This document shows, piece after piece, positions 19,628 through 31,779 of a stretch of DNA of 64,000 nucleotides (within the stretch, counting starts at the first letter, position 1; the number at the start of each line of letters is the position of its first letter). The DNA is taken from the NCBI RefSeq assembly GCF_009914755.1, contig NC_060929.1. The stretch is one strand, 5' to 3'. Source of the stretch: the human T2T-CHM13v2.0 reference genome, Homo sapiens. Below the pieces are notes generated by a model. The model worked only from the letters and a program-made list of their open reading frames with translations, ran no database searches and had not been told where the DNA came from. The position numbers and the translations under genes were made by a program.

Positions 19628-22600
19628 ATCTCAAAATATCTTATCAGATTGAATTATATCCAATATCAATTTGATGGCTATATTCAACACATATTAAGAA
19701 CCTACTGTGTACCAGGCATAGTTTTAAGTGCTAGTGATATATTGGTAAGCAAAGACCTTGCTCTCATGGAGCTGTGGTCTGGTGGGAGAGACAGATAACA
19801 AAAACAAACACGTATATAAATCTGTGAGAAGTGTTATAAAGAAAATTGAGCAGGGTTATGAGAATAAAGCTACAGAATGGGGGATATCTCACACAGGATG
19901 GTTAGCAATGGCTCTGCGGCTCCAGGCCCTGCCTACTCTCTCACTTTTCCTCAGTTTCTCCAGATGTCTCAAGCTCATTTATGCCTCAAGATCTTTGCAA
20001 ATGTTTCTTGTCTGGATCCCCTTCCTCTTCCTGTCAACTTTTTCCCTAGTTACCTCTTACAATCCTTCAGAACTCAGATGCAAATCACTTTCTCAAGGCC
20101 TCAAGGAAGCCTTCTGTGGCCCTCCGGAACAGATCAAGTTCAGGTTCCTGCTTATTTACCCCACTGAGCTCCTTCATTGTACTGATCACATATATAATTA
20201 TATGAGTATTGTTTAAGCCTTTGTCCCCTCCAGACTGTAAGCTCCATGAAAGCAAACACTGTGTCTCATTAACTTATTGTTGAGTCCTTAAAACTTTGTA
20301 GTTTGCGGAGTAGGTAACCAAAAATAATTGTCAAGTATCTGAATAATTTTCAATATCCCAGAATATTCAATTAAGTAAGTATGGAAGGCCCCTTTCAAAG
20401 CTTGCTTAGAAAACACCATGCTTAATCTTATAGGCCATCTAAGTAATTTTGGTAATTTTTAATGTAGCAAAATTACTCAAGTTGGCTTTATTTGGTTATG
20501 AATATCAGTACTAACTTATGATGTCACTATCCTTTCATTTCAACCACGTTCAGTATCCTAAGAGACATGCTGATTGAACTATAATTTAAAATGAATAATC
20601 TTTTATTTGTAAAAGATTGAGTCATAAATAGGCAGAATCAACCCATGCTTTTATTTTCATTGCATATAAAAATTTCATATGAAGGTATTGATGTACAGTA
20701 CTATCCCCGTGGGCTGTAAGAGAGGCTAAGAAACCACTAAAAGAATAATCATTTGTAATTCTCACACACAATTTACCACTCTGAAAATATATCCAAAGAA
20801 ATAAAAACAACTCAAATCAGTTAAGGATGTTTTTGTAATTATAGTGTCCCCTTTGTACTGTTTAAAACAAAAGTAATCAAATTCCTTTGGGCCAGGGCTG
20901 CTAAAATCTACAGTTTGTGTCAAAAAATAAAATAAAATAAAATAAAATAGGCTCATTTTTCCTAGAAAAAGAATCTTTCCTTTCACTGAAAAGCCACATG
21001 ATTCAAGGGCTGGGCAAGTACTGGGAGGATGTTTCCATATAATCCATTATAAATGTTTCCTGCTTTAGGGGCTGGCCATTGTACAAGGTGAAATTTTAAA
21101 ATTCTAAAGCAATGAAAGTTTTGCAGAAACAAATCTTAGAGGATAGTGAATGCTTTCTGCTATGTAAACTGACATCAACCCACCTTTGCGTTTAAATAGA
21201 TGGGTTTACATATATGTAAGCACATTTGGTTTATCTTAGTGGAAGAAAAATTTTAGGATTAAAAAACAGTATTTTCTCTTTAATGTATTCTCTTAACATG
21301 TCAGGAAGCTGATGAATAGATAACCAACACGAGTAAACTCTGGCTCCAATTTCAAATCAAGTCCATTTTCCTATGAGCTCTAGAAGCCAAAAGGACTTAA
21401 AAAAAAGAAAAAGATTGTTTATAATCACTGGGAAAGAATATATTTCCCCAGTTGTGTTTCCGAGTTAAAAAAAAAAAAAAAGGAAATAATCAAATGCAAG
21501 TAGCTGAAGTAGTTCCTGATCAACAGATGGCAAACAACCATCACACATGCAGTGCTGCTCCCTGGCAAGAAGTACTTAAGAGCTTCTGTCTCAAAAGGGT
21601 CTCAGAATCTTTCAGAGGTTGTCTGTGGTTTTGTAAAATCCACCTATTGGCAGAATTCTAATCAATTAAAAGCCTGGATGTAAAATGCCCAGCCCTAGCT
21701 CCACTGTTACCTTTCAAATGCAGCAAAACAGAAGAAAATATTGGTTAAAGTTAAGGCACAGCCCTGGGACCAAAGACCTGCAGCTATGTTTTTTTAAATT
21801 TATATATCTTTAAGTATTTTATAGTTTTCTTGAATCTTCCATAAACAAGCTCTAAGGTGACAAGACTATATTACAGGAGAAAAGAAAAATGTACAGAGTA
21901 TGTATACACACCATTCATTCTCTCACCAAGAGTTTCCAAATATATCAACACCATCCCATCATGGGATGATGTTTTAATAAGAACAGATAATTTACAATTA
22001 ACATTACAGTATGTACATTGCAATAAATACATGGTTGTAAACAGACAAACAAGACTGTATTACAGGTAAGGTCATTTGGTGAGAAAAAAAATGCATGGCA
22101 CAAAAAATAAATAATGCATTCAAAAATTATCATAAAGCTTTCTGTAAAATCCATTTCATTCAAGTTTTTTCTTTCCTTGTCTGTAATTTGTTCTATCTAC
22201 ATTATTGTGAATTTTAACTGATATAAAACAAAATTAAAACAGCATTATTGTGTTCAGTAACTTGCAAGCTGAAATGCACTGGTTTTATACAAACTTGGAC
22301 ATTTTTTTCCCCATACAGTACCCAGATATTGCATTTTCTTATGGCATTTTAGGAAATGTAAAGCCACTTGTAAAAGGATATTCTTTTATTCTTTTTTAAA
22401 GCAGTATATATTTCTGAAGCACACTTTGGCAAGAGAGAAGGGCAAGGATAAGCCGATTGTACAGTGCATTAGTCCCTGTCTCTTGGATATTGAGCCTTTT
22501 CTGCAATTTGATTGTCCATTAGTGGGTATCTTTACAACACGGTACCATTAAAAACCAACAAACTGGAAGAAAAAAAAAGAGCCTCTCTTTATTAGTGCAG

Positions 22601-25221
22601 TTATAAACCCTTTACCCTTTCAGGTCTGGATTTGTTAATGACATATTGCTGCTTTTTATTTTATTCATTATTAAGATTCTAGGCACTCTGTGGGGGAAAT
22701 ACTAAGAGTAGGGAGGAGAGGAATGAGAATGTTTTGGAAAGAGGAATAAACTCTAGACTCTTTACCTTTCTTTCTAGACTTCACTCAGGGACAAATAAAA
22801 TTAAAAGAAACAAGTTCCCAAATATTCTTGTGAAACTACTTGGTCAAACATACGTCTTTATTTTTTTCTTATTTGAAAGATTACCATCTGATCTTTACAG
22901 AGGAAACAGAGTAGAAACCTTGCAATTAACTAGTTGATTCCTCTTCTGCTTTATGTAAAAGATCAGAGTTATAAAGACATAATTTTTATTTCAAAGGATC
23001 TAAGCATCAGCTAGATCTCAGGGGACTGAAATGGGGACTCTCTTCAGCATGAGTCATTTGCCTGGCTGATGACTTACTTTCCAGTCCCCAGGAGGCTCCT
23101 TGAGAAGTTCCACATATAAATGCTTTTCAGAGTTGTAATTCTTCTTAAACGTTTGATTTTCCACTTGTCAGATACCCACTTTGGCTTCTATCTATCTCAA
23201 TTCTTGAATATCAATGTGAAAAATGATTATTTGGGCTTTAAAGTCTTCATAGAGAAGGTAAAGAAGACTTTATTAAGGCTGACGTGGGGATAAAGTCAGA
23301 ATTAAATGCCCCATGATGCCAACTGCTATAATCAGGTAAACACTAGGAATTAATCTCTAAAACTGTAATACAGTTCCTGGTGCTGAAATCAGCCAAGAGT
23401 GATCTCTAATTTTTTATTTAACCAGAATTTTTACCAATATAATAAATATTTTAGGATGCATCACAGTACTAACCCTCTGGTGCCAGTGGCATCATCTTCT
23501 TTCCCTCCATGTGTTTAAAGAAGTAGTTCCCCTCTGCAAGATATGCTTATGGATCGAGGATAAGTGATAAAGGACTTCCTACACGTTATGTGGCTGTCCA
23601 TTAAGGAAGAGTAGTTGCTACACTTAAAACCGTTTCTCAGGGATGTTCCTGATATAGTTCTTAATCCCATGGTGAAATCATTAAAACCAAATAGGATTAG
23701 TTGTATTGGTGTTTGTTAATATATTGTTAATATTCTTAAAAACTGCCTAGTTGGCTGTTTAACTTTTCTCTGTAAACCAAGAGTAAAAGCTAGTCATGAT
23801 ATACAACCTCGTGGTTGAAATGAATGTTAACCCTAACTTAACTACCTGTTTCTTTTCACCGGTGACAATGGTAGTGATATATTTGACAAGACCTCATCTA
23901 GCAAACATGGATAAGGTTCAGACACACGCTAAATTATAAAGCAGCACAAGGGGAAAAACCTTTTTCTTACTATAACTGGCTGTAAAAACAATAAAAATGA
24001 GCATGAAATGTGTGGATTATTAGAGCATGAAATGTGTGGATTATTAGAAAGACATGCACTTGTGAAATGAACATCTAGTGACACAGCAAAACGTTATTAG
24101 GAGATACTAAGTAGGAAAACATCTAAAAAAGACTGACCATTTTAGCTACTGGGTATTTATATATCTCCCACTTGCTTCAGACAACACGAACTGATGACTG
24201 AGTTTGCATGAAGCTTAAGACACATTTGATATAACACACATAAAAGTATTATAGAACAAATAGTCACTTTGCACATGAAGAAAAACACTGGTGAAGAGCA
24301 ACTCTGCTTATCTGGAAAGAGTGAAACAAAATGCAAAGTAAATAATAAAGACTTACAAAAAGGGTTTCCTGCAACATAAAGTTGTTTTTCTCTTTTAAAA
24401 TATGGAAGTCATTGGTATATAAAACAAACAATGAATCACTACAAATCAGTTAATTGCTATGAACTATAAGGTGCAAGTAAAATTCATAAATTAGATTTTT
24501 ATCCAGTGTAGCACAGATTTGTACTGAAAACTTGCAAGTTACTCCTTAGAAAAAAATAACCAGTGGCAGATGAAGTTCTGAACATAGTTTTTTTTAAATA
24601 TAATACCTCAATACATTTAATAATAAAAGTAAGCTCTACAAAAAATCTGTTTTACATATCATACAAAATGTAGAGGTCAGTGCAGCTCACTGAACCACAC
24701 TATTCAGTCATGTATCAGGAAGACTTGAAATTAGAAAATTATGCAATTTCTGTGGCTCATCCTCCTCCTACTGGTAACAGATTCGTGCTATGTCCTGTTC
24801 TTGACATATTTGTTGCTTCGTCCATTAAGTTCACTCTGTGCAATGCCTTTCTTCTGAAAATATTGCAAACAAATAAAAAGGAATAGAAACCCCAAGTCCA
24901 ATAAACTTTTGGGCTGCCTGATGAGTCACACTCTCTTGAAAATAATTTGGAGTAGATTTTATCTGCTTTGTCAGCTCTACCAAGCTGAAATCTTGTTAAA
25001 AACGCTGTTCGTGAAGATGTCCACCTTGCTCGGATGACATGGAGGTGAAAAAACTGGTTACGATATTCCTGAGCGCTGGACTGAGTAGTCAAGGTCAGTT
25101 TTGTTCAACAAACGTCCTGGCAGATGACAGTGAGGTGTGACCGTGGTTGTGGCATGTGACATGCACTTTGGAAACAATTTTTCTACTTAAAAAAAAAAAA
25201 GGCATGAAAGTTTTTGCACTG
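19600..25221 (-). other. PDE4D: PDE4D long 3' UTR (~5.6 kb; distal boundary inferred)
   Basis: Follows the TAA stop; AT-rich and free of recognisable young repeats over ~5 kb in an otherwise repeat-dense window; many miRNA seed matches, AU-rich elements and AATAAA hexamers. Confidence 0.75.
19682..20345. mobile_element. Two L2 3'-end fragments in opposite orientation
   Basis: 'attcaacacatattaagaacctactgtgtaccaggc' (minus L2 tail) and 'agactgtaagctccatga..gtaggt' (plus). Confidence 0.6.
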
Positions 25222-25638
<417 letters not shown>

Positions 25639-26118
25639 CTAGTTAAGAAAAAAATCCAGTATGAGTAGAGGACTTGGGACTAAGAAACAATGGAAAAGCT
25701 TAATTAGATCATGGCCCACAAATAAAACACTGAACAGAAGACTACTAAACTTAGTTTGGTAAAATTGTCACTATTTTCAACAACAACAGACCATTTAAAG
25801 TAAAGTATTGCTACTAGCTGGTCAAAATTAGCTTCTAGAACCTTTGGTTAAAGAGCATGTTCTATAGCATAAAAAATTTTCCAGTTGTTGACATGGTAGG
25901 GCTTATTTTACAATCACCAATTTGTAGGTGAATCCAGATAACTGAAATAATGCCATGTGCTCTATGTATATGAATATATTAAATGAATATAGTCATAATA
26001 AATGAATATGTCTTTAGAATATATATATGACTATATGAATGTAAGTCATAAGAATGAAAGTTCTTTGGATCATAAATACTAAGGTGAAATTGAGCTTGTC
26101 AAAAACAAAGTAATTTTA

Positions 26119-26397
<279 letters not shown>

Positions 26398-26836
26398 CTA
26401 AAATAGATGGATGCATTCTCTATTCACTCCTGTTCCTTTTTTTTAAAAAAAAAAAACAAAAAAAACTAGAAATTCACATTGGATGACTGCAACACTTAAA
26501 AATACACGTAGTGTAAGATTTATTCCAAACAGCTCAACCATGATGTGTCTGTGTATAGTTCACACTTGTATTAATAGTTCCAAATTATGCCACTTCTACT
26601 GCATCTAAATAGCTTAAGAGAAACTGTTTATGTGCATGGCTGACTAGATTCAGAGCTGCTTAAGTGGCTGGTTCTGTGGGGTGTTTGTTTGTTAGTTTTT
26701 TTAATTAATGTAGATGCAAACAGAAAGACCAGTAGAATTTTACCTGGTTAATTCTCAGGAATAAAAATTTGGATAAAAATCCTGCCTACAATTGCTGAAA
26801 GTATAAGGTGGGAGAAGGAAGAAATACATCTTATCA

Positions 26837-27049
<213 letters not shown>

Positions 27050-27740
27050 TTATTAAGTTCAGAGAAAACAGAATTTACACATGAAAATATTACGCAGAAT
27101 ATAAGAATGAAAAAGGAATAAAACAACACTATGCCTTTTAATGACAGTGGAAAATCCTTACTACTCCTTGGGGGCAGAGTCTTTTCCCCTTTGCTATCAA
27201 GTTTTCCCAAAGCCCAGATAAATGTGTGTAATATACAGAAATGCTAGGCACTGACAACCACTTTCATGGTGAAAAATGGGTGACATCTCCATGGATAAGA
27301 CATCATCACAAGTTTATAAGTTTTTGAAAGCTAGAGATTTTCCTGTGTCTCATAATCACTGAATAAGATGCATAGAAAAAAGAGTAAAGTCATGGATGTC
27401 TAAATGGCACTGTCTACTGATGAGAAAAGGTGGGGAAAAAATCCATTTGAGCTGTGGCCCACACAATCTGCTTTTGTTAGTCATTTTTCTCTGCCCGCCA
27501 CCAGACTGGAGGGGCCCAGAAAATAAATGATGAGGGTGAGCTGACATTATTCTCAAGTCCAAACTGCTAGAAGTGAAAAACCTATTACAGAACATCACAG
27601 CCAGCATCACGGGCAGCTTCTATAACATAAAGGGCCATAATATGTTTTGAAATGCAGTTCCTTTTACCTAATACTCATCTTGTTCTTATGTCTAAATTAT
27701 AAACAACTTGCATCACAGTTCTCTTCTTTGGCTTTTATCA

Positions 27741-27965
<225 letters not shown>

Positions 27966-28738
27966 TTAAAATTCTGGATTTAGGATGTAATTTCCCCTAA
28001 ACTTCTCTGCTGCCCTTATCATTACCTGACAATATCCAGGAGAGAATAAATCAGATAACATAAGAGCAGGAACAACACTGGAATGAATCTTGGGGAGTGA
28101 ATTCTAATGCTACTAACATGTGGCAGGTCATTTCACTCTGTAGGTCTCAGCTTTCTCTAAAGTGAAAGAATTGGATCTTTAACCTCTCCTCTAGAGTTGC
28201 CATGAGCTCAGCAGAATATGACATTATTCTTAGTATCTATAACACATCCAGAGCATAAGGTTTTGTATTCCTGATAACTGTGAATTACCTACCCTGCACT
28301 ATATAAAGTGAGGATCCTGTGTTACAGGATTGTTTGTACTCAAAGAGGGTACAAGAACAATAAGGAATCATATGAACAAGTTTAGATTTGCTCATTTGCT
28401 CATGTATAGCTCTGAAAGTCCAAGCTTTATTCATTGTTTTCCATTTTCTTTTCCAAGTATCGTGGCAGTCATTGTATACTGTACAGGGATATTGCTCTTC
28501 CTGCCTGCTTGCTCACAGCTTCACAGTGATGTTGTGTTTGGCTGTCTGTATACCCTCTGGTGAAGATTCTGCCACTCTCTCCCTACTGCCCTAGACCTGT
28601 GAATTTTAGGCAGGGAGAGATTCTGCCTCTCTCCTACTTCTTGTAAATAGCAGACCCAGAGCTACAAGATAATCATTAAAAAACTTTTGATGCTTTATTC
28701 TCTTTCCACTTAATCACTGTAAAGACTAAAAGCAAATC

Positions 28739-29000
28739 CGAGGCAGGAGGATTGCTTAAGCCCAGGAGTTCAAGACCAGCCTGGTCAACATAGGGAGACC
28801 TCATCTCGACAAATAATAAAAAATTATCTGGGGATGGTAGGGCGTGCCTGTAGTCCCAGCTACTTGGGATGCTGAGGTAGGAGGATTGCTTGAGCCCAGG
28901 AGTTCAAGGCTGCAGTGAGCCATTATATCGTGCCACTGCACTCCAAACTAGGCAACAGAGCAAGACTCTGTTTCAAAAAGAAAAGAAAAGAAAAGAAAAA
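28739..29000 (+). mobile_element. 5'-truncated AluJ with (GAAAA)n tail
   Basis: 'gaggattgcttgagcccaggagttcaaggctgcagtgagc'; flanking taaaagca repeat as TSD. Confidence 0.9.
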
Positions 29001-31317
29001 GGTTAAAAGCACAGGTATTTGATCTTTTTTCTAACGAATGCATAGAAAATATATAACGAATGCATAGAAAATATATTTGGAAATATATATCTTTTTTTAA
29101 GAAAGAAATACCCAATACTATTCAATGGCTATTTTAATGGAGCTAGGAAGGAGAGGAGAGGCTTAAGACATTTTCAACTGAGAAATTCTATTATTTTATC
29201 GGAACTATAGAAATACAAATTTGCACACTTAAATTTCTGCTCCCAAACTACAGGAGCAGAGCTGTTTAGACTAGTAGGGAGTAGGTTTGTACAGTATTTT
29301 TTTGTTATTTTTTGTTTTCTTTAGATAAAACAATAGTGTTTATCTTTTAAAAGGCAGTTTCTGGTGAACTTTTATAGTGTCTATAAATGCCTTTATGAAC
29401 CTTTATCTACAGATAGGTAAGCATATAGAAATGAAAAATTTAAAACTATATAGGTTCTTAGCACATATTATTGTATTTCTACAGTGGAATCAAATAAACA
29501 AACATATATTGAAAGGAAGGCATAATTATTAGATACTGGATAATTATTAGAGTTCGTTTAAGGAAGGAAATATGCATGTAGACAAGCAGTGTTAACAGAA
29601 TTGACTTAGCCTTACAAAAACCCTAATTGGCTTATATGAAGCTGAAGGTGAAGGAAATTAAGGCTGTTGACCCTGCAAAAGAATAAGATGATGAGCTCTT
29701 CCTTCAAGGAAAAGGGTGATCTGTTGTATGGAAGGTGCAACAAAGAGTCTGAGTTCTACTGGATATAAGTAGGGCCTTTCATGTAGGGCAGATGTCCAAG
29801 AATACTGGCAAGGCCTGTCTTGGAGAGTGGTTATCTCCTGACACTTAAAGAGTCCAGATTGGCTAGAAAAGCCAGGAAAGGATGCCTTAGTGGACTGGCA
29901 GGCCTCCATAGCCTCTTCCATCTCAGATGCTGTTACAGGAAAGTGGTGGTGACTGTTGATTTTTAAATGAACAAATGTTAGCATTTAAGAAACTGAATCT
30001 CAAGGAAGTTATTTAACTTTCTACTCTTCTTTAGGACTGAAGGCATATGGTCACATTTAAATTGGGAGGTAGGAGTCTGCAGCTCCTCAGCAGATTTTCA
30101 TCAAAGACACTAATCCATTACTTGTAAGTAGAGTCCTTGAAGGTTCAGGAATGATCAGAAAGTTGCTGTCAGGATGGTACAGTGCACAGCACAGAGGGGC
30201 AAAGAGGTTAGCTTATATAACATTTTTGTTGAAACCCTTTCATCTTCAAGCCCAATATAAGTTACCTCTTCCATCAAGTCTTTCTTAATTACCAGATGAA
30301 ACTGCCCACTTTCTCCTGTAAACTTCTATACTACTTTGTACCACCCATTTAGCATGTATCGCATTCTACCTTTTTTGTCTTTATCTCTACAAATCTTTTA
30401 ATCGTTCCTCCCCAAACCCTCCCAACCTACTTAGAGACTTAAGCCCCTACAAAATATTAAAGGTTATTAATTTAATATGTTTGGTTATCTGGCTTCCCCT
30501 AGGCACTTCAATTATTTCAAACTTACAAAGTACAAACAGGAATACAGCAAGGCACAACATTTAGAGGATTTAGGTGCCATTGTGTTAAATGGTTTATGTG
30601 AATCATCTCATTTAATCCTCATAACTCTTTTAGGAAGATACTGTTGTTATCGACATTTTAAGGCTATGTTCCATTCATGGATGGCATGGAGCCATATAGG
30701 TGGGAAGTAAGTCTTTGTGTCCTTGGGATAGGCTGGGGGATAGAAAATGTCCCTTGGGGACATCTTTTATACACATAAATATTTACATAGACATACTCAT
30801 ATAATCCTGTACAAATGAAGAAAATGTACCTCAGAGAAGGTAGGTAACTTTGCCAACATCACCTAGCCAGTAAGTGCTGGGGCCAGCACTTAAAACCAGG
30901 CAGTTTCTAGAGCCCTCACCTTATACTGACTATGATTACAAGTACCTTATAGAGGTGAAAACCTGAGCAGTGAACACTAAACATGAACCAGGAAATCAAC
31001 ACAGTCCACTCAGTGCCTGGCACACATTTATAAAGACAACTTTGTAAGTATTTATTTTTTATTGAGAGGCCATGCATACCTCTACAAACTCAAAGCCATC
31101 ATTTTATTATATATAGATCAATTGTGCTCATTTGTTACAACTACCCTGGATCATCAAGAATAAATTAAATTATGCCCAACATATGCTACTACTGAAGGCA
31201 GGAAGACCACTTTTGTGTCCCTCTCTTCTGAGTGCTAATGAAATGGGGGGAAGGGTGGGCAGGTACTACCACATAACTGAGAACATGTACTTCATCTGTG
31301 CTAATCTTTTCTCTCTC

Positions 31318-31779
31318 TGTATTAATCATGGTTCTCCAGAGAAATAGAATAGACATATGTATGAGTGTGTGTGTGTATGTGAGAAAAAGACACATTTATT
31401 TATTATAGGAATTGGCTCAGGCAATTATGGAGTCCAAGAAGTCCCATGTCTGCAAAGGTGAACCAGGAAAGCAAGTCCAAAGGCCAGAGAATCAACCAGG
31501 AACCCTGATGTTAGAGGCAGGAGAATATGTATGTCCAGGCTCCGAGAAAGCAAATTGCCCTTCCCCCAATGTTTTGTTCTTCTCTTTGAGGTCCTCAATG
31601 GATTGACTGATCCCTGCCAACAATGGTAAGGGCAATCTTCTTTAATCAGTCTACCAATTCAAATGCTAATCTAATCTCTTCCAGGAACACTCTCACAGAC
31701 GCACCCCAAAATAGTGTTTTACCAGCTATCTGGGCATCCCTTAGCCTAGTCAAGCTGACACATAAAATTAACCATTACA
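31318..31779 (-). mobile_element. MLT2-family LTR (3' LTR of ERV-L)
   Basis: Minus strand begins TGTAATGGTTAATTTTATGTGTCAGCTTGACT, preceded by a purine tract (GACAAGGGGCAG), ends ..CCATGATTAATACA; AATAAA at 31395-31404. Confidence 0.9.

Noticed and set aside
19758-20216. 152-aa plus-strand ORF antisense to the distal 3' UTR
   Set aside because: Non-ATG start, L2-derived, no recognisable domain.
19682-20345. Inverted L2 pair as a miR-28/151-like hairpin precursor
   Set aside because: Tails face outward ~600 nt apart and I see no extended complementarity; known L2-derived miRNAs come from abutting tails.
21206-21219. 14-bp palindrome ttacatatatgtaa
   Set aside because: Low-complexity AT-rich palindrome plausible by chance in 64 kb.
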